Positions 1 to 13,691 of a DNA stretch of 64,000 bases are shown one piece after another. Made by a program: the position numbers and the translations under genes. Origin of the DNA: Octopus sinensis (taxonomy: Eukaryota); the NCBI RefSeq assembly GCF_006345805.1, contig NC_043005.1, forward strand, positions 70,370,001-70,434,000, given 5' to 3'. The notes under the pieces were generated by a model that was not told where the DNA came from, did no database searches, and saw only the letters and a program-made list of their open reading frames with translations. Numbering within the stretch: the first letter of the stretch is position 1; the number at the start of each line of letters is the position of its first letter.

Positions 1-1325
1 ATGAATGTTTAATAATTGAATGAATGCGGTGAGTTAAAATCACATACTATATATATATACATATATGTGTGTGTGTGTGTGCAGACACACAACTATTGGT
101 TGGGACTCAGTTTGCTCGAAACAATCTAATTGCTGATATTCTCGTCAATGTTTCAATGAATGTGATTCAGAAACAAGGCGGAACAAAATCGATTCTATTT
201 TAGCTGCCTTAAATGACGCACGTTTTGGTGAATGGGGAATATGTATTTGTCTCCATCAGTTTAAAGATGCGCTGTCATGTGTGCAAAATTTTAACGTTAA
301 TTCAAAGACATTCGCTCAGTTTTAATTTAAATATGTTTGCCTGGCTTCTCTCTATGTAAGGCTCATTTTACACGGCAAAATACCCAAACTATTTTATTTT
401 TGTTTTTACGGCTGAGTGAAATAACAGTTTTCTTACAATACAAATATATTATCTGAGTTTGTAGAACAAATATTTATGAACGTTCACATTGACACATTGA
501 TGATATAGTAAATTAAGATACGACTTATTCCATCCATGAATTATGTCTTCTTTCAAACCTGTACTACCAAGCTATATATAGTTATTGGTGCATCATTACA
601 GCCAGCAGGTGAAAAGATATATTTTTCTGTTACGTAGAACATAAGATGAAAACACACACAACACTCATTATATTGCAATCACTAACAACAGTCATTTCAT
701 TTCCAGCACATGAGAGAAAAGACAGATGGGGGCAGATGTTGAAGCTTAGTTAGAATGAATTTATATTCTAAATCTTCTGCATAAAAGATTTTCTGCATCA
801 CAAGAAAGAAGTGGTAGATGCAATTGACTTTATGGCTAACAAAGCATGAGTGAATAGGAGTTAGATACATAATGCATGAACAGAAATCATTAACATAAAT
901 GTAAAGAGAGTGGAAGACAAGAAACAAATGAGAACACGTGCAGAGTATTTCTTCAAAAACAACACGAAATGTTACCCTCAGAAATTGAGCCATCTAGTCA
1001 AGAACACAACGTAAAGATTTCGATTTCCCCCAAGCCTGTATGAGATTCATACCGAAAGTGGAACTGTACATCATTAAAGAGAAATTTCTGATAAAAGCGA
1101 ATCAATGATAAACAGAATGGATTTGACATCAGAAATTTAACACAGTGAGGCGAAGAGAGTCTTGCAAAACTTAAAAGCCTTGTTCTCTTGTTCACTTGCT
1201 GAAAATACTTCTGACCATTAGTGAGCAGCATTTTTTATGAGTCGACATCAGAGGAATTATAAGCGTGAACTGTTTGAAATAGATAGCCTTGTTTGGAGTT
1301 TTAAGAAGAAAATCTTATTTTGTTT

Positions 1326-1653
1326 TTACGTTTATATAGTTGTCTTGCAAGTTTTTGATGTAAAATCGTGTGTTGAAACGGATATTGTTGTATTTAGGAA
1401 TGATCATTTTGCCAGTTTAGCCAATAAAAACACAAACACGACGGTTAGTAAGGAGAAACACACAAATAAGAAAGGAAAAAGCAAAGGGCCATTGATGCGG
1501 TCACAGGAGTGTGACGAAAGAACTCTGGCCGAAATAAAATTAAGATTAATGTAAAAAATAAAAAAAACGCTGGAGCAAAGTAACACCAAATATATAGTGC
1601 GTGTGTTTTTATTGGCTAAACTGGCAAAATGGCCATTCCTAAATACAAAAATA
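1326..1653. mobile_element. Short non-autonomous PLE-like insert with inverted repeats and a 12-bp target-site duplication
   Basis: CTTATTTTGTTT is duplicated at 1314-1325 and 1654-1665. A ~51-bp inverted repeat lies at 1383-1433 / 1603-1653. There is an internal hammerhead-like fold. Confidence 0.75.
1487..1530 (+). ncRNA. Decayed minimal type I hammerhead ribozyme
   Basis: GGCCA-TTGATGC-G-GTCACA(GGAG)TGTGAC-GAA-AG(AA)CT-C-TGGCC: 5-bp stem I, 6-bp stem II and a CUC site. The core differs from CUGANGA at two positions. Confidence 0.6.
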
Positions 1654-4600
1654 CTTATTTTGTTTATCTTGTCGCATATTTAAAAATGGTGGAGTTATGT
1701 CTGCTGTTATAAAAGAGAATGAATAATCCACCACATAAATATGGAGAAAGTTGTGCTTGTATTTCTGAACATAAATGTAATAACCATAAACTGATTCTTG
1801 TATCATGGAGAAAGCTCGAATGGACAGTTGTATTGAACATTTACTGCATAAACAAATTGTAGCAAAGCAGGCAAACTGGATTAATATTTTACATCGTTTA
1901 ATTGACATTTTATTTTCAGGTGAAAGTGGGTTAGAATTCCGTACTACCTCTCATATGATTAGCGGTGTTCACAATGGTAACTTCCTGGGGCTGGCTGAAC
2001 TCTTGTCTCATTAAGATCGCATACTTGAAGCCCGTGTCAAGAAGGTCAAAGAAAGCCACGAAAAAGGAGAAAGATTACAAGAACATTATTTGTCAGCTGA
2101 ATCACAAAACAAATTTATTTCTCTTTGCTCCGCTCTCGTTTGGAAACACACACTCTCAGAAAGATCAAAGGCATAATACTATTAAATAATATTTGATGCA
2201 ACACTGATTCTGCACATGTCGTATAGACAACATTTATCATACGTTATCCTTCATTGTATAGATTATGAGTTTCAGATTCAAGAAATATTTCTCTTTCGAA
2301 GAGTATTATGGAGATAGAGTGTGTTCTGAAATTGTAAACCTCATAAAGGAAGCATTCACAAAAATAGAATTCTTATGGAAAATTGCAAATGTCAGTGACA
2401 TAGCATTGGTATCATTACAATAGCCAAACAGATAGGAGTACGAGAATATTACTTATCGAAATTATTTCCCTAATTCCTAACCATGTGAATGCAATACAAG
2501 GAAGTTTTTAAGAAGTAATCACTGGATTTCTGTACTTGCGTACTTACTGTTTTCTCGGAATTATTAAAATCCTCAATAACGTTATTTTCCTCGATTCCAA
2601 AAAAGACACAGGCCTGTGACTACCATTCATATCCAACATCAGTTACCTAGTACTCGGCTAGAATTCACAGAAGGAAATCATATGTTCAAATCTCACTGAT
2701 AACCGTGTATCTCTGCAAGATGTTCTGAAACTAAACTGGCGGCAGAAATGTAATAACATGAGGTTTTTGAAAGCATGTTTTCTTCCAGATTCCTATTCTT
2801 TTTATCATTCTGGTTCGACAATCTAGCTGCCATTACGAGCATGGTAATATCTATTATAAGTAATAGAGGCCACAGCTGAAATGGTCATCGAAAATGTCCA
2901 GTAAATAAATGTTTAAGCTATTTTTTCTCAGAGAATAAATACATGTCATTAAGTCTGCAAATTGAAATGTATCTATAAGTAAATGTTTGTTTGTGTTTTT
3001 TTTTCAATGAAAACCAGTCAAGTGATGAATTCCAGAAAAATGTTCCTGCAGAATCATTCCCCCCAAGAGCTGTTGTTACGTCATTCTCTCGATTGGCTTA
3101 ACATGAAAATTTTAAACTGTATAGAAAATTTCTGATATATTTCGTTCCTCTGGCTCTACTTGTTTATACTGGAGAATCTTTTCACCAAAAATTGCGTGTC
3201 ATTTACAGAAGTTCACAAAACTGATGTGGACATGAATCTATGACAGTGTGATCGCCTTGAGGAGCTAGGACTTATAAATATGAATTTATTCATCAAAATG
3301 TGCAATAACAAGTTGAAAAACTTCGTTTGGAGCTACTCCGAGGAACACAAAGAAATGTAAGTCTTCTGTCTTAATGTGGGTAGAAAATTATGGATGCGAT
3401 TTGTAATTTCTGTTTTATTTAAAGGAAATACAGCCACATTTTGTGCGTAGGAGTATTTCACAGATTACAACATAACTTGAAATGATCAGTCTAATTGTTC
3501 TAAACATATTTCGCTAATATCAGACTTAATTAATTAATAATACACAAAGTTTCAGGTATATTATCACTAAAGATTTCACTTAGTTTAATGTACAGTGTAT
3601 GATTAATTAATATAATTATATTGAGAGGACACAGCCCCGGTTCTACGGACATGTGATAAGCCGGATTCTTCGATCCAACCGGCCAAGAACGAAATGGCTG
3701 GGTAAGATCAATAGTCTTGGCTGGTTGCGCTTGGGAATCTAGCCGGAAAAACCCAACAACTGTTGCTCTTAATAAGGCTTTAAGGGGCAGGTATTTGAGG
3801 ATTCTAACTACGGAACCCTCTCACGGATAACTGCCGGAGAAGATAGTTGGTTGGCTTGTTGGATGGAAATTTAAAGTAATAATGTCTTCTCATGAGAGAC
3901 TCATTGATAAGTATAGACTAATATACTGATAAACTCACAAACTTTTAGATGGGCAAAAGATTAATTAAATTATGCGGGCGAGTATGGATGTCAGTACGGT
4001 CCTTAAGAGTTATGACGAGAGTTTGGGATTGATTTGGCCTCATCGAATCTCTTTGCTGAAGCAGAATCGATTCAAAGTTATCTGACCATAGAGCGATGTG
4101 GGAATTACGAAATATGAAACACATTTCGGAAATGTAGGTGTTGTGATGTACATACATGTGTAATCTATTTGGAGTTAAAACATTTAGCGTTGACCAGTCT
4201 TGCCAAGCCAACATCACTCTCAGTGTGAAATCCCTCTATAGAAAATACATATAGACAACACCCTACCCATACTAAAAGTAGTCTACTCCCCTTCGCAATG
4301 AATCTTACTACTCTAAAGAAATGGTACATTCAGCATTGTTAAACCTTCTGGCAGAATTCAGCATCGCTGTTTCGGGTTCACTGTTAAGGATCTCAAATTA
4401 ACTTTCATTCCTTTTCCCGTGTTCTCCAGAAATTCAGTGATTAATTACATGAATGCCTTATATGTAATCTTAAAACATTTGTGATGAATTCACTCCTTAT
4501 ACCACAAAATAATTTTCGGTTCTCAAAAGCTGAAAAAGTGAAAAACAGCGGAATTCTCATGAACAAAACCAGTTTTTATCAAATTGTCTTCGCAAGAGAA

Positions 4601-5064
4601 AATTAATTTCCGGGAGAAATTGGCCAGTTGAATATACCCAGTTAAATATTCGAATAATAACAAATAAGCAGCTTCTCTTGTTGATAAACTTGTTGACCAA
4701 TCCATTTCCATTCATGAAATACATCTGCTATATCGCAATACTACACACTAGCTGTGTGAGCTACGAAATCCTCGTCGCCACTGTTATGTCGCGCGTTCGG
4801 ATGCCTCTACTCTCTCTGCTTCTCTGTTCTCGACTCTTCACAGCTGTGTTCCTGACGTCTAGGCTTCTCCCTCTATATCTACGTATTGTGGTAGCCTACT
4901 TCATAGTCTGGGGGCGTCCACACAACAACATCAGAAACATTTCAGTAGAAATCTCCGCGCACTGGTGTGAAACTTTAAGTGGTATTGCGTCACACACACA
5001 GACACATACACACACAATTATGCATATCTAGATAAAATGAATATGCCTATACGTTTATATATAT

Positions 5065-6363
5065 ACTAGCAGAGATACCTGGCGTTGCCCGGTTACATTC
5101 AATTGAAGAATTAGACTTTTCTGTTATATCTTCTGTAATGAACTGGAATATCTATGTTTCGAATTTCATCAAAATTGCAGATGGGGGTTATTTCCCTCTT
5201 TATACACCCTAAAAAATTGTAATCGTTCCACATGTGTCCCATACTACTGATTTTTATGCGCATATTCCAAAATTATAGTCTTATTGAACCTATTAAAAAG
5301 ATTTTGCTCCTGAAAAATGAAGGTCATGGAGCTCTAAAACGTGAGAGTTAAGGCCCCTGTTGGGGATGGGCATCTTAATGTCAACAAGAGAAGTTGAATT
5401 GTTGAAAAGTTTTTAGCTTGGGTCTTATATCTATTGTCTGAATTTCTTTGAAATAGGAAATATATGATCACTGGGTTTGTAAAAGAGAGCAAAGCTACAG
5501 GAATCCGAAAGTCGAATGATCATAATAAGCAGTCAGTTACCCTACCCTAGTCGTTACCACTCCCGATCTAGGATTCCTCACCATCCAGGTGATAGGCACA
5601 GCCGTAAGATGCATTACGAATATATAGCAATTGGAAGGGCGTGACCCAACTGAAATCAACATGTGTGACGTGAGGGCTAATGAGAAATTAAAGTGTCACC
5701 TCTGGAGTTTGCAAATGACCACTATACTGATACGTAACTGGACAGAATAAATTTAAAATCTATAAATGTCTTTGTATAACCAGTCACTCATCTGGGAAGG
5801 CCTTGAAATCAATGTTACCATCTGTGTGACAGAGTGATAATAAAAAGATTGAAAGGAGGTCTGCAATCAAATAACTTTACTCAACACTTTGCAACTGAAT
5901 CAGTGGAGGCAAAGGTGCCTCTCATTTACTTGACAATTTATGCACCACATTGCAGAAATCACAATGTAAGTGTATGCCAAAGCAAACTGTTACACTGTTG
6001 TACCATTGAATTAGAAATAATGCCCAACTTTTATGCTCGGATAACCCTACAGCTTCCAAGAGCGCAACTGTATTCGTTTTTGCTTAGATAAAATGACGAA
6101 ATTGTGGGTGTTAGGTCCCCGTGGAGGGGGTCCTTCTAACTTTGTAAGAAGAGGAAATTTTATAAATATTACTTCATTTGTGTCTAATATCTATGGTTAA
6201 AATTTCATCAACAGCAAAAATATATGGATTGTCATGGGGGTTATGGCCCTTATGCATAGAATATAATTACCAAATTTCATAACGAACCATTCAGTACTTT
6301 TGACCTAGTTTTAGATCATTAAAAAATGACTAAAATTTGGGAGTTAAGGCCCCCATTAGGGTG

Positions 6364-6366
<3 letters not shown>
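5065..6366 (+). mobile_element. Non-autonomous Helitron/Helentron-type element
   Basis: Begins ACTAGC..ACCTGGCGTTGCCCGG after a TA run. Recurrent GAGTTAAGGCCCC-like and AATTTCAT motifs. Ends in (TA)n. The same terminus occurs at 24003-24034 on the minus strand. Confidence 0.55.
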
Positions 6367-6440
<74 letters not shown>

Positions 6441-6442
6441 TA

Positions 6443-6480
<38 letters not shown>
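6365..6480. repeat. (TA)n microsatellite
   Basis: Direct reading. Confidence 0.95.
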
Positions 6481-6484
<4 letters not shown>

Positions 6485-6589
6485 ATGTGTGTGTATAGAT
6501 AGATACATATAGATATAGATATACGCACACACATACAAAGATAAATTGCTAGATACAACTGAGTGGGCAAATAAAAATATGAGACACAG

Positions 6590-6795
6590 CCTAGTGATTT
6601 TTTATGTTGATAAGCCTAGTACTTACTCTATTAGTTTGTTCTTGTGAAACCAGTAAGTTATGTGGATGTAAATAAATGAACAGCAGCTGTGAAGCAGTGA
6701 TGAGGGTGAAACACAAAAACACACACATACACTTACATATATACATACATATATATATGATTGATTTGTTTCAGTTCCTGTCTACAAAATCCATA
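6590..6795 (-). mobile_element. Degenerate partial SINE family B
   Basis: AAGCCTAGTACTTACTCTAT..TTTCAGTTCCTGTCTACAAAATCCA matches the copy at 18678-19077. Confidence 0.6.
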
Positions 6796-6799
6796 TATA

Positions 6800-7350
6800 T
6801 TGTTGTTGGCATCCTTTTTGTCTCGAGAGACAATGGAGTTGCGCATAAAATAATCTAGTCTGGCTTTTACATTTCATGTCCTAATACATCTCCTTCTGTG
6901 GCTGTGTAGTCCTATCCTGGACAAAAACTCCCTCTGGCAGGTGCTGTAAATGTAGCGAAGACTTTGCCTGGCTGGTTTTAATGTCATAGTTTCTTATTGA
7001 CGTCTTTTCTCATCTTTCCATTTCCCCTCTCTCTCCATGTCACTCATTTGTGTTCCCTCTTTTACGGTACGCCGCCAATCTTTACGGTTGCTGGCAACTG
7101 CTTCCCAGTTGGTAATATTGATATTGCAGGCATTCATGTCCCTTTTGCAAACATCCTTGTATCGTAAGAAAGCTCTCCATTGCGTATGTCCTTGGGGATT
7201 CTGCCATCTTCCATACGGCTAACATGTCCAAGCCATCTCATACGTCTTTGTGGGAGGAGTGCAAACATGCTTGGTATTCCTGCTTGCTTGAGGACTTCTT
7301 TGTTGGGGACATGATTCTGCCATTTGATGCGAGGGATTTTCCGGAGACAG
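6800..7350 (-). mobile_element. RTE-clade LINE 3' fragment
   Basis: The minus strand reads CLRKIPRIKWQNHVPNKEVLKQAGIPSMFALLPQRRMRWLGHVSRMEDGRIPKDI..RYKDVCKRDM..WEAVASNRKDWRRTV, followed by a C-terminal Cys/His motif and a short (CAA)n tail. Confidence 0.85.
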
Positions 7351-8759
7351 ATATTTTAAAGATATTTAGTGAAATATCTTTAAAAGCGTAGCGAGAAAGT
7401 CATAAGTGCGTTGGGTAGGCTTATAAGCCACTGCTTTACAAAACCCGAATCGTTTCAGAGTTCAGGGGTCTTGACTTTGGCAGGTGCATCTCGGTAATCA
7501 GGATGGAAGCTGTGTAGGGACAATCATATTTCTGCAGTAGAGTATGATTTTGGAATCGATGCTCTTTAGACGGAAACAACTGTAACTAAATATTATGCGC
7601 CCCTCAAAAAGTATTTATGGATGCTTAAATGACGTTAATAAAATACTCCTTGCTTGGTTCGTAAAAGAATGTTTTTCACGGATGATTGAAACAAAGTATC
7701 ATCTACTTTTAACTGTTCTTTGCAATGGAAGGAAATTCTACCTCTACACTAAATTCGTTGAAAGCCACACATCACTGATGTTTCATTGTAATATATTGGA
7801 ACTCGGAAAAAAGTATCTGTTTCTGATGTTTCAGTGGATATTATTCTACTAAGCCCATGTGCTTGATTTCCAAATGTAGCCGGTATGTTTGGAGCCCTTA
7901 GGGATCTATATGATTACCTCATAACGAATTCCGTAGAGCAAGTACTTGTCAGAGCTGAAGCATAATGACATGTCCTAGACGTCGATTGCTCGTAATAAGT
8001 TATGCATAGGCCAATCTCCTGGAATATTTACGTGGTTATTCATGAATCTCTCCATCACCTGGTACCTCATATTACTGCAAACTACCAGGCTATTCGATAT
8101 TAAAACAGACAATCTTTTGGAGGCTATGAGCTTCATGGAAGTATCCAGGATAAATATTGCAATGTTCCCCCGACCTTTGTGGTGTCTACCCACAATGTCA
8201 TCGAAGAACAGTTCCATTTCCTCGATCCTAAAGGAGGTAACGTATTGCCGTAACTACTTACAAGTGTTCACGACTAATCTGATATCGAAGTCGCTCACAC
8301 TACTGAATTCTTAAACATTCAGAACGGATTTTAATACGTTCCATTAGATAATGATAAAGAACCAAGATAGCAATCAGCTTGCTGCAGGTTTCTTTGCTTT
8401 CGATAGTTATTTACTCACTTAATTATTCTTAATTTAATTCTCTTTAATTTAAAGTACTAATTTGATTCCTCATATCTGTCTTTCAATTGTGTCAGTGTTT
8501 ATATTCTGTCTCAAAACTGATAAATTTTCCATACAAATTCATTTACTATTCTAGAATACAAATTTCTGTGACATTTGTAATTCAGAAAATTATTTCGTTA
8601 TGATGTTAAAATAGAATGTTTTATTCCAAATTATATCTTCGGTATATTATTATTTTGGAGAATGATTATTTTAATGTTACTTCTTTTCATTTAATTGAAA
8701 TATAATTTCAGTTATTTAAATGTTATTCTTATAAAATGTTATACGGAACCATCATATGC

Positions 8760-10446
8760 ACGGGTCGGCTGAAAAGTTGTTAGGCTGACCAAGATACTCC
8801 CATAAAATGTAACCAAATGAGGTTTATTTTTCAACATAGTTTCTCTTGCGGTCCAAACACTTCTTCTTTCTTTATTGCCCACAAGGGGCTAAATTCAGAG
8901 GGGACAAACAAGGACAGACAAAGGGCTGCAGTTGATTACATCGACCCCAGTGCGTAACTGGTACTTAATTTATCGACCTACTCCCCGAGGGGATGACAGG
9001 AAAAGTCGACCTCGATGGAATTTGAACTCAGAACGTAGCGACAGACAAAATACATATTTCTTTACTACCCACAAGGGGCTAAACACAAAGAGGACAAACA
9101 AGGAGCGACAAACGGATTAAGTCAATTATATCGATCCCAGTGCCTAACTGGTACTTATTTAATCGACTCCGAAAGGATGAAAGGCAAAGTCGACCTCGGC
9201 AGAATTTGAACTCAGAACGTAACGGCAGACAAAATACCATTCAGCATTTTGCCCGGCGTGCTAACGTTTCTGCCAGCTTTTGCCATACGTGTTCAGCGCT
9301 TGGATCCCATTGGTGAAGAGGCTTTCATTCTGTTATCAAAAATTGGCATCAACAGTAGATATTATGTCATCACACTGCGATACTGTTTCTCAGCCAAGTG
9401 TTTCTTCATGTCAAGAAATAGATGATAATCAGGCGGGATCAAATCAGGAGAATAGGGAATGTGATCAACCAGTTCAAAGCCACAGTCTCGAGCAGCAACC
9501 ATTGAAACCAAGAACTTCTTTGCTGGTGGAATGTCCTGATAAAACACCCCTTTCCTCAGTTTTGCTGAAAGATTGCTCTTGACAGCCTTTCGCAACTGCT
9601 TCAGCAAGTTGGTATAGGACTTGCCATTGGTGCTGAGCCCCTTCAAAGGATATTCTGTAAACACGATGCCTTTTGCCTCACAAAACACCTGAGGTTGTCA
9701 ACTTTTTTGCACATGAAAGCACCTTAGATTTCTTTAGAGCAGATCTCTTTTCACTGCAAAGGCTAGCTCTTTGTCTCTGGCTCAAAGTGATAAACCCAAC
9801 ACTCATCCAGTGTTTGAAAACATTCAATAAAACCAACTAGATCTGCCTGAAATAACGTCAGATTTTCCCATGATGTGATCAGCCTGGTGCGCTTTTGATC
9901 AGGTGTCAGAATACGTGGCACCCACTGAGAGAAAACCTTCATGTCAAGTTAACTGTGCAGAATATTCTCATCTCTCTCATGATATATACTAGTATACTAT
10001 TGGATTTATAATAAATCACCGGCCATCCATCACCATGAGGTCAACACAATGAATGGTGGTTGCAGTTGCAAACCTCCTGATTTGGCCTCATCTTCAAGAC
10101 TCTCTGTTCCTCTTCTAAATTCTGCTGCTTACTTTTGCACTGTTGATAAAATTGGAGTGTCATCCCGTAATGTAGCAAGTATGTCGACATGAACGTCCTT
10201 GGGAGGTGGGGTAAACCATTTTTCAGCGGTACATTGATAGCACTATGATGCCTAATTTTGTCCATTTTCATGAAAAGTGCCTACCAGCTACATTTGAAGT
10301 CTTCTTTAGATAGTCAGATGTCATTTTACTTGAAAGGAAGCAATGCAGTTATTAATTAGAAGAGGTAAAATTAATGTATGCAAGATTTCCCAATTCTAGT
10401 ATTATTCCTTCATAGTCAGCCCATGAAGTTCTCATTCTATCCTTGT
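8760..10446 (-). mobile_element. Mariner (DD34D) transposon, decayed, with SINE insertion
   Basis: Degenerate TIRs at both ends. Motifs WVPRILT, DECWVYHFEPETK and YQDIPPA..HIPYSPDLIPPDYHLF (ORF 9362-9688). Confidence 0.85.
8867..9278 (-). mobile_element. tRNA-derived SINE family A, dimeric form
   Basis: The minus strand has A-box TGGCAGAAACGTTAG, B-box GTTCAAATTC and body GTCGACTTTGCCTTTCATCCTTTC. The body is present twice. Confidence 0.85.
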
Positions 10447-11768
10447 TCATAAACCAATATACAAATTTATGTAAAATAATTGAAACATTCTTACTTTGCA
10501 TTTTTGGCCTCTTTCCCCACTAATATTTAGTTTCTTCTATTTATTCATATTACACAGATTGTAAATAAAGGATTGTGTGATCAACGGCTTACCAAAAAAT
10601 AGACCAGATGTTCCATCTGTTGGTCGTAAAAAGCGATTAAACGCGGTTGAGGTGGGATTTGCAATCCGACCTCGTAAAACTCACCCCAGCAACGACTATC
10701 CAAACAGACCCATGGGATGGAGGGCTATTACCTGAATGGTGCGAAATTTTAATCTACTAGGAGTAGGGAAAATGCCAACAAATAGTGAATGCAGCATCGC
10801 GTTGTTACAGCGCATTTCCCCATACTGTTATTATTACGCGGATTGTCATACATTTAGACAATCGCAATATTTATCAAACTTCCTACTTTCGTTAGCATTG
10901 AATTGTCTCAGCTGAGTCACAGAGTTCTCTATCACTACCTTGCATAATTGTCAAATTTTTTTCAAATAAAATTTTATACTCATTTTTTACGATGTATATA
11001 CAAATATACTTGTCGTTCTTACGTATTAAGCGGAATGTAACCATTTTCTGTTAGTCTTTCACGCTACCACACCATCACCACCTACTGCAACGTTTCGCAG
11101 AGCCTTCCCGCCACATCTTTCTCCTTTGAGTCCAATAAAATTTTATAATTGCTTGTCATCATTTCATCGCTTCGAATATTTCTGTCTGCAAACGCTCATT
11201 AAAAAACTATTTTCATTCAACAAACAATGACTTGATTTCTATAATTTAATTGTGATTTAGGTAGAACTTACGAGCTACTGCGTTCATGTGTATATGTCTG
11301 TGTGTGAAACCATACACCCGCATATACATACATATATACATACATACATACATACATACACACATACATACATACATACATACATACATACATACATACA
11401 TACATACATACACTAAAATGTACAAACATATATTTATATATATATATGAGAAATTTAAGATAAGCACAAGTTAATATCATTAGTTCCTACGTATGTATCG
11501 CCACTAATATTGCTCAGAAATCGGCATCGGGTGTATCAAGTACATATGGATGCTGGGTCAGAACAGATCATCAGGGAACGCTTTATCGCATTAAGTTACA
11601 GAGAAATAATTGACATTATTTCATCCTAAAATTCTCCTACATGTACGCTGTATTTCGTAATTAGTAATACTACTAAGTAGTTATTTAAATACTAAACTCG
11701 TAACATACTGGAATATGATAATCTACGGGGAGCTCTAAACACAATACATCTATCGGTACATATATACT

Positions 11769-11801
<33 letters not shown>

Positions 11802-11802
<1 letters not shown>

Positions 11803-12226
11803 ATCATCATCTTCATCATCATCATCATCAACAGCATTTAACACCCGTTGTCCATGCTGGCAGGGTTAGACGGTTTGACCAGAGCTGATAAGCTGAGGGA
11901 CTGCACCAGACTTCAGTCAGATGTGACATGGTTCAGATGGCTGGATGCCCTTCTTAACGCCAACTACTCTAAGAGTGTAATGGGTGCCTTTGTGTGTTAC
12001 CGGCAAGGGAGGCAGTTACATGACACCTGTATCTTCCATGACTACGATTTCACCTGGCTTGACGGGTTTTCTTCTCAAGCATAGCATATTGCCAGATGTC
12101 TCAGTCATTTGTCATTACTTCCGAGAGGCCCACCGGCACGGGTCCTAGTTACGCGATACGAGCATCGCCTTTTGCCTCTGTGAGGCCCTACGTTCGAAAG
12201 GTGCTTTTTACTTGACACCAACAACA
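11802..12226 (-). mobile_element. SINE/LINE-tail-like repeat ending in (ATG)n
   Basis: A (CAT)n tail adjoins a relatively GC-rich body (CATTTAACACCCGTTGTCCATGCTGGCAGGGTTAGACGG). Microsatellites flank it. Confidence 0.55.
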
Positions 12227-12276
12227 TAAGTGTGTGTGTGTGTATGTGTGTGTGTGTGTGTATGTGTGTGTGTGTA

Positions 12277-12339
<63 letters not shown>

Positions 12340-12669
12340 GTTTTCATCTCTACTTCTGAAATGTAAACGGTTTCTTTCGGTATTTTGACTGTGTACTCAC
12401 AATTATTACTATATTTCGGCTTTTATCTTACATCTGTCTCCATATTTTCTGCCATTTCTTCTTAATTCTTTGCTTTGATTTCAGATGTTTCAAATATTCC
12501 TTGTGCAATAAACCAGACAGCCAACTGTAAACATTCACTTACGTAAACGATGTAATTCGGAAAACAATGATTCAGTGTGCCTTTTTCTTTGCTTTTTCTA
12601 TAGTTCGTATGACAGCACAAGGGAATAATATACGCAATGTAATACATGCTTCTACGTACATACATACGT

Positions 12670-12960
12670 GCATAGGCGTTGCTGTATGGTAAGAAGCTTG
12701 CTTCTAAACCACAAGATTCCAGATTCAGCCCCACTGCGTAGCACGTTCAGCAATTAACTTCTAGTATATCTTCGGGTCGACTTAAGTGGTTTGAGTGGAT
12801 TTGGTACATAGAAACTAAAAGCCCGTCGTACATGTGTATATGTGTGTGCACGCGCACGTGTCTGTTTAATGTGCCTTTTCCTCTGTGTCTTTTCTAGTTC
12901 GCTTGACAACCGGTGCTGGTGTGCTTAAGCCCCCATGCATTAGCGGTTCGACAAAACAAT
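12670..12960 (+). mobile_element. Degenerate SINE family B
   Basis: GCTGTATGGTAAGAAGCTTGCTT..GCTTGACAACCGGTGCTGGTGTG matches the other B copies. Confidence 0.7.
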
Positions 12961-13655
12961 AAAGTATACAATAAGGCAACACATTATGCCAGTACTGAGA
13001 CATGGTTATTTCCATACCCACGCTTACAGTCCTTTGTGCACACACACACTCGCTCGTGTGGGCAGTTAAGTAGATGTTATTAAACTGTCCAGCCTAAATT
13101 GTATCCCGGTGTGAGGTAAGTCACCGCATCGTAGGTTTAGGCTGACTGGGTTATGGTCCCCATCTTATCCTAAATCTCTTAGTGTCAGCTTGACAAATAT
13201 ATCACAACATACGACTACACATATACAGACATACTTGTGTATATATGCATACGCACAGACACACACACACGTATATACAGGTACACATATACATGTATAC
13301 ACACATGCGTGACATGCATACACACACAGGTAAACATAGACACGTCCACCCACGCATATATATCTATGTGTTCACACACACATATCACAACATACTCTTA
13401 TATATACACACATATAAACATACACACATACGCGTACATTCACCTGCTCCTACTATATATGTCTGCTTTCGTCCTAGCGCTTATGCTACAACGCACATTT
13501 GCATATGTAGGAAGTCTCACATGCATAAACATGTAAAATCACCTAAATGCATCTATGTACGGATGTATGCATACGTATCCATTTATAATGCATACTTACA
13601 TATATACATACGTCCGCGCACACATATATATATATATATATATATACCCACACAT

Positions 13656-13691
<36 letters not shown>

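Larger units (their letters stand above)
1237..3340 (+). pseudogene. Decayed hAT-superfamily (ZMYM1/DUF4371-like) transposase, interrupted by an insertion at 1326-1653
   Basis: Fragments across frames: LVWSFKKKILFC|LSCRIF (TTF-type zinc finger, rejoined across the insertion), RLIDILFSGESGLEFR..HNGNFLGLAELLSH (ORF 1805-2014), and IIFDAT.DSAHV..TTFIIRY near 2185-2245. Many stops and frameshifts; boundaries approximate. Confidence 0.8.

Noticed and set aside
4700-4994. Possible solo LTR (minus strand starts TGTGAC) and ORF 4678-5031
   Set aside because: I could not identify a second end, TSD, PBS or partner LTR, and the ORF has no recognisable domain.
7595-8314. ORFs with faint transposase-like words (e.g. 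KILLAWF)
   Set aside because: There is no ordered set of motifs, so I cannot assign a family.
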